Positions 29,966-42,500 of a stretch of 64,000 bases of DNA are shown piece after piece. The notes beneath the pieces were generated by a model that did not search any database, was not told where the DNA came from, and saw only the letters and a program-made list of their open reading frames with translations. Where the stretch lies: positions 544,001 through 608,000 of the forward strand of contig CBDESU010000001.1 in the NCBI GenBank assembly GCA_965242695.1, in the 5' to 3' direction. Positions within the stretch are counted from its first letter, which is position 1; every line of letters begins with the position of its first letter. The position numbers and the translations under genes are program-made. Source of the DNA: Cenarchaeum sp. GTDB lineage: Archaea > Thermoproteota > Nitrososphaeria > Nitrososphaerales > Nitrosopumilaceae.

Positions 29966-32746
29966 TTGAAGCGCACGCTTACAAGGGGCGAGATTCAAGC
30001 TAGGGCATCTAAATTTGCCAGCAAGTATGAGTCCATCTCGTACGAAAAGGGCGAAGCGCAGACGTTTTACAACGACTTTTTCAGCGTGTTTGGGCTAGAA
30101 CGATTTGGGAATGCGATGTTTGAAAGATATATAAAAAAGGTACATAACAGGCACCACGGGTTCATAGATTTATTGTGGCCCAAGGTACTGCTGGCTGAAC
30201 ACAAAAGCGTTGGGTATGATTTAGACAAAGCACTTGAACAAGCAGAAGACTACATAATAGAGCTTCCCGAATACGAGAGACCGCAATGTGTCTTGGCATG
30301 CGATTTTCAGAATTTCCTACTGATAGATCTAGATGCAAAAACAAGACATGAATTCAAACTGCGTGAACTGCCCGAGAAGACGGAATTATTTGATTTTATG
30401 AGGGGTATACACCGACGCGATTTTACAACGCAAGATCCGGTAAGTGTGCAGGCATCGGAAATAATGGCTAGTGTGTATGACGGTCTTCGGAACAACGGGT
30501 ATCCGGAACAAGATGCGGCACGCCTTCTTACAAAACTAACGTTTTGTTTTTTTGCAGATGATGCGGGAATATTCGATCCTCGTGGCATAATGCAAGAGTA
30601 CCTAGAAGAAACTAGAGAAGACGGCTCCGATTTAGGAACGCGACTCAACGGCTTATTTGAAGTCCTAAACACGCCCGAAAAGAAAAGATTAAAGAACACG
30701 CCGCGTGATCTGGCACAATTTCCATACGTCAATGGCAGTCTCTTTAGAGACACGCAGATGATTCCGCAGTTTGATGCCGACGCAAGGGCCCGACTCTTAA
30801 AGGCGGCTGAGTTTGATTGGGCCGCAGTATCTCCGGCCATATTCGGGAGTCTATTCCAGTCAGTGATGAATAAAAAGGAAAGACGAGCAGCTGGAGCGCA
30901 CTACACCACCGAAGAAAATATAATGAAAGTAATACGCCCCTTGTTTTTGGATGATTTGACCAAAAAACTAGACACAATACTGTCAAAGAAGAGCGAAAAC
31001 CTTGCGCAAATCAAGGCGTTTCAGAACATGCTTGCAAACATAAATATATTAGATCCTGCATGCGGTTCGGGCAACTTCTTGATCATCGCATATAGGGAGC
31101 TTCGCAGGTTAGAGACCAAAGTGATACTCAAATTGCACGATCCAACGGAGCAACGGCTTAACATAGACGGACTATCAAAGATGGACGTAAACCAATTTTA
31201 TGGCATGGAAATTAATGAGTTTTCTTCTAAAATCGCGGAAGTGTCTTTGTGGATGATGGACCACATAATGAACAAAGAGCTTGGGGCAAAATTTGGTTTG
31301 TCGTACGCGCGAATACCACTGGGAAAGTTCCCCCCTCCGATAAAAAACATTGATGCGTTAGAAACTGATTGGAACTCAGTGTTGCCAAGAGATAATTGTA
31401 CATATGTATGTGGAAACCCCCCATTTGGGGGAAATAAAAGAATCGATGAAAAGAAACGTAACCAAATCAAAGCAATTGCCGGAATCAAAAATGGCGGTGG
31501 CAATTTGGACTACGTGACGTGCTGGTTTATTAAGGCGGGACAATACATGGCACCACATACGCGAATTGGATTGGTGGCCACAAACAGCATATCACAGGGT
31601 GACCAAGTAGGGCAGTTTTGGCCACTTGTGTACAAAAATGGCATCGATATATCTTTTGCACACGAACCATTTAAATGGGGATCCGAAGCAAAGGGCAAGG
31701 CGCAGGTACACGTGATTATAGTGGGACTTGCAAAAAAAGAAGAACTGCGGGGCAAGGCAAAAAGAATGTTCTACTACGAAGGGACAAAAGTGTTTGAATC
31801 AAACCCAGCCTACATATCACCATACATGCTAGGATCGGCTGAACCACTGCCAGTCGTCGTCAGGTCGCCCAAACCGCTCAATGGCCTGCCAAAGATAGTC
31901 GATGGCGCTGTACCGCTAGACGGTGGCAACCTGACCCTGACTGCTAAAGCGCGAGGGGAACTGCTGGCGGCAGAGCCGGAATCGGAGGCATTCATACGCC
32001 CCTTCGTCGATGCAGATGGCTTCATAAAGGGCAAGAAAAGATGGGTGCTATATCTGAAAGATATTGAAGTCGCGGACATAAAGTCTAGGCTTCCTCACAT
32101 TATGGAGCGCGTAAATGCGACGCGGGCATATAGGGCATCGTGTGACAGGAAAGCTACAAGGGATTTGGCAGACAGCCCCACACTGTTTGCTTGGGGTGTT
32201 GTGCCTGATAACACATTCTTGCTTATACCGAGAGTCACATCAGAAAACCGGAAGTACATACCCATTGGATACATGAAACCTCCAGAGATGACGAGTAATA
32301 GCTCCATGGTGCTTGAAAATGCAGATCTTGGTGTTTTTGGGCTACTTACATCGTGGATGCATATGGTGTGGGCTGGTGCAGTCGGAGGTAGGTTAGAACA
32401 ACGATATCGTTATTCTGCAAGTATAATATATAATACATTCCCCGTGCCTGATGGACCATTAGATGCCCTGCGACCCTTTGCGCAAAAAATATTGGATGTG
32501 CGAAAATCTCACCCAACTTTGACCATGGGAAATTTGTATGACAGAGAAACCATGCCTGTCGATTTGATGAATGCCCACAAACGTCTTGATCGGGCTGTCG
32601 AGAAAATGTATCGAAAGGAGCCATTTTTGTCAGATCGTGACAGGCTAGTATTCCTACTTTCAAAATATGGTTTGTTGCACCAAAAAAACCAGACTTTGGA
32701 CGATTCGCCTAAGCGTAGAAGAAAGCGCAAAAGTAAACACATATGA
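29966..32746 (+). CDS. MmeI-like type IIL restriction-modification enzyme (fused endonuclease, m6A MTase and TRD)
   Basis: 'FIDLLWPKVLLAEHKS', 'GAHYTTEENI', 'LDPACGSGNFL', 'GNPPFGG', 'GGRLEQRYRYS...YNTFP'; much more AT-rich than the flanks. Confidence 0.93.
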   Translation: MKRTLTRGEIQARASKFASKYESISYEKGEAQTFYNDFFSVFGLERFGNAMFERYIKKVHNRHHGFIDLLWPKVLLAEHKSVGYDLDKALEQAEDYIIELPEYERPQCVLACDFQNFLLIDLDAKTRHEFKLRELPEKTELFDFMRGIHRRDFTTQDPVSVQASEIMASVYDGLRNNGYPEQDAARLLTKLTFCFFADDAGIFDPRGIMQEYLEETREDGSDLGTRLNGLFEVLNTPEKKRLKNTPRDLAQFPYVNGSLFRDTQMIPQFDADARARLLKAAEFDWAAVSPAIFGSLFQSVMNKKERRAAGAHYTTEENIMKVIRPLFLDDLTKKLDTILSKKSENLAQIKAFQNMLANINILDPACGSGNFLIIAYRELRRLETKVILKLHDPTEQRLNIDGLSKMDVNQFYGMEINEFSSKIAEVSLWMMDHIMNKELGAKFGLSYARIPLGKFPPPIKNIDALETDWNSVLPRDNCTYVCGNPPFGGNKRIDEKKRNQIKAIAGIKNGGGNLDYVTCWFIKAGQYMAPHTRIGLVATNSISQGDQVGQFWPLVYKNGIDISFAHEPFKWGSEAKGKAQVHVIIVGLAKKEELRGKAKRMFYYEGTKVFESNPAYISPYMLGSAEPLPVVVRSPKPLNGLPKIVDGAVPLDGGNLTLTAKARGELLAAEPESEAFIRPFVDADGFIKGKKRWVLYLKDIEVADIKSRLPHIMERVNATRAYRASCDRKATRDLADSPTLFAWGVVPDNTFLLIPRVTSENRKYIPIGYMKPPEMTSNSSMVLENADLGVFGLLTSWMHMVWAGAVGGRLEQRYRYSASIIYNTFPVPDGPLDALRPFAQKILDVRKSHPTLTMGNLYDRETMPVDLMNAHKRLDRAVEKMYRKEPFLSDRDRLVFLLSKYGLLHQKNQTLDDSPKRRRKRKSKHI

Positions 32747-33510
32747 ACATTTATATGTTTTACTGCCAAGATCGTAATCAACTACTAATAGTGTGTGTGG
32801 CAGTGCAAGTCTATGACGTCTGAGTTAAAACGCATATAATCGTACAGCGTAAAACATAACAAATACGTGGATTCTATCGCACGAATATCGACTCTGCCGA
32901 TTTAATATCTCTGACGACGTCAAATCTATGGTACTTGTTTAGATGTGGACATATACCCAGCTGTCCGACTTATGACTTGCAGACACATGGGCATGGAAGT
33001 GTTCGTGGGCAATACGTGTGTCACAGATGGGGATGTCCTAGAGACGTACTGTGGACAGCACAGCGTCCGACGAATGAGCACACATGTGCGTGTCTATGCT
33101 GGCACTCGTCCCCTAGACGTGGTCATGAGCAATGTTGCCTCTCCTAGTGGCCGCACTGCACATGAGTGCTCATTGGCGTGGATCGGGCGGACGACCGGGA
33201 GGATCGGAGCCGGCGCACAGAAAAGACGGTGGTGGGGGGCGGGGTGAGCGTGGGGGTATAACCGCAACGCACGGGTTGGACGCTAGATGTTGCAACAGAT
33301 GCGACCGACTTGACACCATCGACTCGACGCCGCCTTTGGACTACCAGGGAGGGAGGGGAGATGCGTATGCTCATCGTGGCCCCAGTACGTGTTGCACAAC
33401 TGCGCTATTGATGCCTGTGGCACAGATGTGCGTAGGCGTAAGAATGGCCTCATGCATTGTAGGCCCCCGTAAAACCTTAAACGTATAGCCTCAAGCCCGC
33501 GTGCGGTAGC

Positions 33511-36500
33511 ATGAAGGTGGGGCAGGGACCTGCGCCGGCCGCTGAGGCCTGTAGACGGTCCGCACTTGGGGGCGTGGGGAGCCCGGTACGCGGCCGCCTG
33601 CCCGCGCCACGGCGGGCCTTTGCCGCCCTTGCCGGCGCGGCGGTGGTGGCCGTGGCCGCAGCCGCGGCCTGCATGTCTGCATACTCCCCCGCGCAGGAGC
33701 CGCTAGACGCAGCCGGCCTGCCCGCCACGTGGTCGTGGCTGGCCGGCGCCACCGACCCGCTCGATGCGGTGCTGCCAGAGGCCGACGCGACCAGAATCTC
33801 GTACGTCAGGGGCACGTTCAAGATCACGGGCCCGCACACGATCACCGCGACGTACTCGGCCTCGATCTACGCGGACGAGAGCGACTACGGCGACCTGCAG
33901 GTGACCGGCGGCGGCACGCGCGACGTCCGCGGCCTCTCGGGGCCGTACCAGACCCGCAGCTACTTTGGCATCACGACCACGCCGGCGCAGACGCACACGC
34001 TGACCCTTGCTGGAGATGCGCTCCCAAAGTCTGCGACCGGCCGGATGACGGTCGCCCAGCTACACTACTACGACACGGGGCCCATTTTCAGCGGCCAGGA
34101 CGTAAACTACTACTTTGTCCGGCAGACGGTGAACGTCGGCGACGGGCAGGCCCCGGCGCTCAGCAGGTCAGGCCATGCGGTGAACTTGGAGGATGCCACC
34201 GTGTCGTTCTCGTTCGACGAGCCCATGGACGCATCGAGGACCGTTCCGGCGGGGATAACCCTGTCGTGCGGCTCGAGCCGTCTGGGCCTGGACGGCGCGT
34301 CCGCCGTCGAGCCAGATGCGAACACCGTAACGGTAAAGCTCACGCCGGGGCAGAAGTCCGACCTCTTGTCGCGCGCGACGGGCTGTGCTAGCAACGGCTG
34401 GAGCGCCGCGCTGCGGGCCTCGACGTTCTTCGACGTCGGCGGAAACGCGGCGCCGGCGGCGTCCCGCATATCGATGGGATTCCATGGCGACAACGCCCAC
34501 CCGGCGGTCGTCGGGCAGCCGCGCCTGGACCTCGGGACGGGCGAGCTTGAGGTGCGGTTCAGCGAGTACGTAAAGGTCGGAACCGGGGGGACAACGGAGT
34601 CTAGGTCGGTTCGGATTGGCAGTAGCGTGTCCGTCCCTGCAACTCGATGTCAATCTCGGGCGAGACGGCCTCGACAACGCTAGGCGAGGATGAGCGCATA
34701 GACCTGATCTTAGAGTACGACGGGATCAGCATGGACGTGAGATTCGGCGGCGATTCGTTCCTTGACCTGGTCGACCGGCCGCTGCTAGCAGATGATCGCC
34801 GGAAGACGCTGGTTGTGGAGGACGACACGTCCCCGCCTGGCCTCCCTCCGGGGACGCGGCCGGCGCTGGACCTAGACGGGGGCACCCTGTCGTTTGCGTT
34901 CAACGAGACCGTCAGCCTGGCGAACGTGGACATGACCGACGCAAAAATACTCGACTCGAGCTCGTCCAAGCTTGCCGACCTTGACGGCTTGGAGCTGGAG
35001 GCCGGGCAGGTCGCCCATCCGACATCCGTGAAGTTTGTCCTCGGCAGGGAGCTGCGCGCCGATGCAGTCGGGGCCGCGCGCATCACCGTGCCGCCCGGAG
35101 CGTTCCGCGACGCGGCGGACAACCCGAGCCCCGCCCTTGACGCCGCGCCGCTGGACGTGACGGCCGACACGACGCCCCCGCAGGCCGTCGGGAACCCTGC
35201 GCCGACGCTCTACCTGGGCAACGGGACACTGGCCGTAAAATTCGACGAGTATATCGGGAACGTGCGGCCGTGGGGCATACTGCTGCGCGACGCAACACTG
35301 GCCCGCAACGTCGCGCTCGGCGGCGCAGAGGTGTTGTCCCCTCCCGACGGCGACAAGTACACCGACACAGTCGTCGTCAACCTGACGCGGCAGCAGGCGG
35401 CCGCGGCGGTCATCCACAACGTGACGATAATAGAGGCCAACCGGGCCGTCTTCGAGGACATTTCGGGAGTCCCGTACACGGGTGTCCTGCCGGCCCTCGT
35501 CAAGGTTCCAGATACGGCGGGCCCGGAGCTTGACGCGGCGCGGCCGCCGCTGTACAAGGCGCTGGACAATACGTTGGCCCTGTCGTTCGCCGAGTACGTC
35601 AACACATCGTCCGCAGTCTTGGAGAGGATCAACATAACCGACACGGGAAGCGGGGGAGCCTCGTTCTATCTTGACAGCAACGCCATGGTGCAGGAATCAA
35701 ACACGGAAATGGTGGTAATCACGGTGTCGAGCGCGCAGGCCTTGTCCATATCGTCGCCGGCGGGATCCCTGTTGCTCGGCATGGATGGAGGTGCGTTCAA
35801 AGACATGTCGGGGAATGACTCGCCGGCGGACTCGGGCGTTGCCATCACGAGCGTGGCCGATCTGACGGTGCCGGGCCTGGCGGGAACGCCGTCGCTGAAC
35901 CTTAACAATCTGAACCTGACAATGCAGTTCAACAAGACGATCGTCCCGGCAGTCGACCCGTCGGGCATAACGATAGCGGCGATCAGCGGGGCCAACGCAA
36001 CGCACCTGGGCGGCGCGCAGGTGCTGTCGGTGGATGCGAACACCGCCGTCGTCGGGATAACCGAAGAACAAAAGGCATCGATCATCATCGCGCGCGTCCC
36101 TGCGGAGCGGGAGATGCGCATCTCGATATCGCCCGCCGCGGTGACCGACCAGCCGGGCAACCCCCTTGCGGGGGCGGCCAACAGGAGCCTTGCAATTACC
36201 AACGACAGAACTATGCCGGCCGTCTCGGCGTCGCAGCGACCCGTCCTTGACCTGGCGTCTGGGCTACTCACCGTCTACCTGAACGAGCATGCCAACGCCT
36301 CGCGAACCCATACAGGGCAGGTGCAGCTGGTCAACGAGAATTGTCTGAACAATGTGCAGTCTGAAGGTTGCGAGTCCCTCACACTGAGTGGCGCGACTGT
36401 GCTTGTACCGTCGGGCTCGCCGCAACAGCATGTCTCAGTGCAGCTTACGCCTGACCAGAAGGCAGATGCCGCGGCCAAAAACGCCTCGCGCATCCGGTCG

Positions 36501-39500
36501 ACGGCGCCCGGTGTGGGGGAAACCAGAGGCCCGTTCTTCGACCTGTCGGGCAACGGGATGCCGCTTGAACTGGGAGCCTCCACTCGCGTTGGGGAACTAC
36601 AGGGCCATCGAATGCATGTCGTCGAGGATGCAGCTGCTCCTGTTCTGACCGTCTCTGACGACACGCCGGGCCTAGACTTGGGCACCGGAAAGCTGGCTGT
36701 GAGTTTTGACGAGCATGTTGCGATCGCTGACACGTTGCCGGGCTTGGTTGAGCTGATCGGCGCCGCCCCCGGGCGCGAGCGCATCGCACTGGGGATGTCG
36801 GGCGTGGAGGCGGCCAGTCCGGCCGACTCCGATGCCATGTCTGCGACGGGGGCCGTCCTGTCACTCTCGCCCGCCGAAAAGGCCGCCGCCGCGGCGTCGC
36901 GCGCGAACATGGTAAGTCTTGTCGCCGGCGCGTTTTCCGACCCGTCGGGGAACCCGATCGCCAACACGACTGCGGCGGTACGCGTGGCCAGCGACGAGGT
37001 CGCCCCGCGCCTCGACGCGACCGCCCTGCCCGTCCTTGACCTGGGCGACGGCACGCTCACGATGCGCTTCGACGAGTACGTCGGCGTGTCCGCATCAAAC
37101 TCTTCGCGCGTGTCCCTGTCGGCGGCAGGGCAGGCCGGCGGCGCCGGCGGGGCATGCGCATCGCCGGGCGGCAGCGTGCGGCTGGCGGATGCCGGCGTCG
37201 CAGCTGTGGAGGTTGCGGCGGTAGATGCCGTCGTGCCGGGCGTGCCGGCCGGGGCCGCCCCGGGCATTGTCGTCTCGCTTACGCCGGCCCAAAAGGCGGC
37301 CGCCGTGGCCTGCGCAGGAGCATCGGCCGTGCCGGCGGCGCTGTCGGCAACCTCCGAAGCGGGCGCGTTCTTCGACCTTGCCCCGACTCCCAACGAAAAC
37401 GAACAGAACAGCACGGGCCTGGATACGATTGCAGATGCGGCCGCGCCGCGCCTTGATGCGGCTGCCCCGCCGGTCCTCGACCTCGGCGACGGCACGCTCA
37501 CGATGCGGTTCGACGAGTACGTCAACGTGTCCGCCGCCGACCCGTCGCTCGTGTCGCTCGGACTGTCGGGCGGGGCGGGCCCGGGCGGCGGGACGAGCTT
37601 GGCATGCGCCGCCGCACCGGCCGGCGGGCTGCTGTCGGGCGCAAGCGTCGAAGCCGCACCTGTGCCCGCAGCGGCGCAGGGCGTGCCGTCCGGCGCCGCC
37701 CCGGGCGTCGTCGTCAAACTTACTCCTGCCCAAAAGGCCGCGGCGGGGCACTGCGCTGGCGGCCAGGCCGGCGCGCGTGCGAACGCAGTAAGCGCCTCCC
37801 CCGGCGCGTTCGCCGACCTGTCGTGGAACCCGTCGGAGCGGGTGCGCGGCGCCGTCTTGTCGGTGAACGCCGACACGACGCCGCCCGGGCTGGCCACGCG
37901 GCGCACCGCCGCTGCTCAACCTTGCGACCGGCACGCTCTCGCTCACGTTCGACGAGTTCGTCGATGCCTCTACGCTCGTCATATCGAGCGTCGCATTCGA
38001 GGACGACAACGGGGGATCCAGGGTGGCCCTTGACGGCACCGCCACCGCCTCGCAGGGGCACGACGGCACGGTCGTCGTGGTGGGCCTCACCCCTACGCAC
38101 CTGGCCGGCATAGCGACGGCCAACTCGACTGCGCCTCCCGTCCGCCTAGAGGTTGCCGCCGGCGCCGTGGCCGACCTTTCAGGCGAAGCGAACCGCCTCT
38201 TGGACAACGTGGCCGTCGAGGCAAGCCGCGACACGGCGCCGCCGCTCCTTGACGCTGCGAGGCCTCCTGCGCTGGATCTTGGCACGGGGGCGCTGACGGT
38301 GCGGTTCAGCGAGGCGGTGCGGCCCGCATCCGATGCCGCGTCGCTGCTGTCCATAGTGTCAGCCGGGGGCGGATGCGATCGAACTTGACGGCTCGTCCGT
38401 TGGATCCGATGCCGATCGGTCTGTGGTTGTAGTGGATCTGATGCCGGATCAAAAGGCCGCGGCGGTCGCCGCCCAGGCGGCCGCCGCGGCCGCCGGCTTG
38501 CAGCTCGCACTGGGCGTCTCTGCCGGCGCCGTAGCCGACTATGCGTTCAACGAAATAGGCGCAGTGGATGCGGCCGGCCTGACAGTGCTCGCCGACGGCT
38601 CGCCGCCTGCCATCCTGCCTTCCATCCCGCCTAGGCTGGATCTTGGCAGCGGCGAGCTCGCGATACGGTTCGACGAGCACGTCTCGGCAGAGTCGGCCGA
38701 CACGTCAAGGATGGCACTCGTCCTGGACTCGCCGGCCGGCTCGCAGCTGCCACTGGGCGGCGGCGCAGCAGGCGCAGCCGCGCCTGCGACGATCGTCGCC
38801 GGCGAGTCCGACACCGATGCGATCGTCGTCCGGCTCACGCCCGACCAAAAGGCGCTCGCCGCCGCCGGCGGTGCGAGCCGCGTCGTACTAGAGGCCGGCG
38901 CCGTCGCCGACCTGTCGGGGAACGCCCTCGCGCAGGATGCCTCGGCCGCCCTGTCGGCCGTCCGCGACGCCTCGGCGCCTGGGCTGGAAAACCCCGCCCG
39001 CCCCGTCCTCGACCTGGCTGCCGGCGTACTGGACGTCGCGTTCGACGAGCACGTCGACCCGCAGTCGGCAAACCTCTCGCGCCTCCTCATAGTCGACCGG
39101 TCCGGCGGGGTCGAGATCGGGCTCGGCGGCGCATCGCTGTCCCCGCTGCCGGCGGGTCGGCAGGCCGGCGCCAACCTGACGGTGCTCCTCACGCCGGCCC
39201 AGAAGACGGCCGTCTCTGCCGCCGATGCCGAGTCGGGGCCCGTCATGCTGTTTGCAAGGGAGCCTGGCGCGATAGCCGACACGTACGGGAATGCAATGGA
39301 GCCGTTTGACCAGACCGCCCTGCTGGTGCTGCCAGACTCGGCCGGCCCCGTGCCCGTGGCGTCCGGACCTGGCCGCCCGTCGCTCGACCTGGGCACGGGG
39401 GTGCTGACGGTGCGGTTCGACGAGGAGGTGCTGGCGGCCGAGTCCGACTTGTCGGCCGTTCGGTTCGTCAATGCGAGCGACGGCACACAGTTCGCCAACC

Positions 39501-42500
39501 TTGACGGGCATACTGCCATGGTGCCTGGGGGCGACACCTCGTTGCCGTCGTCAAGCCTGTCCGTGAAGCTCGCGCCGGACCGCATGGCGGCAATCGTCGG
39601 CGCGGCCGAAGTCGGGGGCGACTACTTCCCCCCTTGGTGTGACTATGACAACTATCCCACCTGTTGAACTAGCAAGGCTGTTTCGAGCTTGAAGTCAACG
39701 ATACGGTGCGCCTAGTGGCAGATGCCGGAGCTTTTTACGACCCGTCCGGCAACCCGTCCACTCCAATGAATGCGGCCGTCCTTGACGTCGCAACCGACTG
39801 GCGCCGCCGGAGCTCGATCCGACCAAGCCGCCGCTGCTCAACTTGGTCAACAGATCGATCGTAGTAAATTTTGACGAGCCGGTGCAGAATATACGCATTG
39901 CTTTGGCAAGCGTTGAGAATGCCAGCGAGAGTCCATCTGTCCCCCTGAACTCTGCCCAGACTGTGGCCGAGGATGGCGGTCGACGCTTACACATTCAGCT
40001 CTCCCAGTCAGATGCAGCACTGAGTAGGGACATTTGTCGACAACGCGCACATCTACATGCGGGAGGATAGAGGGGGAGTAGTGCGCGATTTGTCGTGTCT
40101 TTTCCCGTCCACTGAGCTGCGCGCGGCTCTGGAGCGCTCATCGGACAACGCCCCTCCGCGTATGACAGCGGCGGACGCTCGACCTGGGAACCGGCAACCT
40201 GTCTATGGACGTTCAGCGAGGATATAGACGCCGGAACCGTCGACACGGCGGCCGTGTCAATCGTAACGGCCGACGGGGAAATCCGACTCGACGTTGCAGC
40301 CGCCGTCACCCCACCGTCGGGCCCCGCAGCCACGGTGGGCCTAGCGCTCTCGGATGCGCAAAGGTACGCCGCAGTCCGTGCCTACACCGGGCCGGGTTCC
40401 CTGTCCATAAGCATGGGCGCCGGCGCCGTCAGCGACCTGTCGTACCTGGGATCCGCCGAGCTTACCGGAGGGTCGTTGCAAGTTGTCCCCGATATGCACA
40501 GCCGCCCCGCCTGCTCGACGGCGACGGCCCGCGGCAGCGCCCGGTCCTAGACGCAGAGGACAAGAAGCTGACGCTCCACTTTGACGAGCATGTAAAGATT
40601 GAGCCGCCTCCGTCGGGGAGTGTCGACCTCCTCGCGGCAGGGGAGATGATCGTAGATCTCACGGGCAACCTAGCTGTGTTGGCGGCCGGCTTTGGGGACG
40701 ACGAGACGACGGCCGCCTCGACATCGATATCCATATCGCTCGGCGGCGCCAACACGCTGAGGGCCATACTCGGCGGGGCGACCCACATGAGCGCCGAGCC
40801 GGGCGCGTTTGCCGACGCATCGGACGTGCTATCTACCCGCATCGATTCCGTCAAGATGCACGTCCTGCGAGATCCTACTCCCCCCAGGCTCAACCTGTCT
40901 GCCCCGCAGTACCTTGACCTTGGGGACGGACGGCTCGAGATCACGTTCAGCGAGCCCGTGAATGCGACGACCACGGGCGCCGCGGGCGTGGTCCTGACGC
41001 CCGCCGGCGGCGGCGCCAACGGTAGCCGCGAGGTGGCCCTGGCCCGCTCCGGCGTAGAGTCCGACCTCCTGAGCAGGACGATCAACGTTTCGCTCGCCCA
41101 GCCGGACAAGGCCGCCGCCGTGGTCCTGGCCGTCAAGCGCCTCTCGATCGAGGCCGACTCGTTCAGCGACGCGTCCGGCAACCTTGTCGCCGACGGGCAG
41201 GGCGTCCCGCTCGTAGTCACGGACGACACGACAAACCCAAAGCTGGATCCCGACGCGGCGCGCCCTCCCGTCCTCGACCTGGACGCGGGCACGGTCGTGA
41301 TCCGGTTCGACGAGCACGTCAATACGACGGAGGCGGACCTCGGCTCGGTGCACATAGCCGGCGCCGAGGCGGGGCCGCCGATCTTTTCGCTGGCCGGCGC
41401 GCCTGCGGCGCCGTGGCTGCCCCCTCCGCCGCCGGGCCAGACGCATGCCGACATACTCTCGCCGCTTCAGCGCGACGCGGGTCTAGTCGGCGCGCCGGGG
41501 ATCGAGGCGTCCCTCTCGCAGCGCCAGAGGGCGGCCGCCGCCGTTTTGGCCGAGCCGTGGCTTGCCGTCGACGCCGATGCGTTCGAGGATATCTCGCGCA
41601 ACAAGAACCTGCCGGATGCTGCAAGGCTCGCCGTCCTGCGGGATGTCACTGCGCCAGCGCCCGACGACGGCGTGCCGGCGGTGCTCGACCTCGGCGCCGG
41701 CAGCCTCGCCGTCCGGCTCGACGAGTACGTGCGCGTGCCGGATACGGACGCATCAAAGATCGCAATCGGGCGCGCCGGCCAGCCGGCGCAGGATGCGGTG
41801 CAGCTGGCCGGCGCGGCCGTCTCGCGCGGCGCGCCGCACGATCCATCCGCGCAGCCGACGCTGCCGCCTGCCGCGTCGCTCTCGGTCAACTTTACCATGA
41901 ATGCGGCCCAAAAGGCGGCCGCTGTAATCCTTGCCGGCCCCGCCGGAGATATGGACATCATCGTGCAGTACGGCGCGAATGCGTTTACAGACCTGTCCGA
42001 CAGAAAGTCCGGCGCATCCAGCGCGCGCCCCGCCGTACTGCCCGACAGGACCGCGCCGATGCTCGCCGACGGCTCGCGGCCGCTGCTCAACCTAGAGTCA
42101 AGGACGCTCTCGGTCAGGTTCGTCGAGTACATCGACGCGTCCACGGTCGATGCGAGCCGGATATACGTCGAGGGCGCGGACGGCGGGTCGGCCGCGGCCC
42201 TCGAAGGCGCCGCGCCCCGGGACCGCGACGGCACGGTGGTCGTACTGGACCTCACGGATGCAAACTTTGATGCGATCGACGCGGCCAACGAGTCGGCATC
42301 GCCTGTTCGACTGGACATCGGCGCCGATGCGTTCCGCGACCTGTCTGGCAACGGGAACGATCCTGCGCCAGACGTCACGCTAGACGTCACGAGCGACACG
42401 ATCGCGCCGGCGCTGTCCGCCGAGCGCGGCCCCGAGCTCGACCTCAACGACGGCTCGCTGCGCGTGTGGTTTACAGAGCCGGTCGATGTGGCGGGGATCG

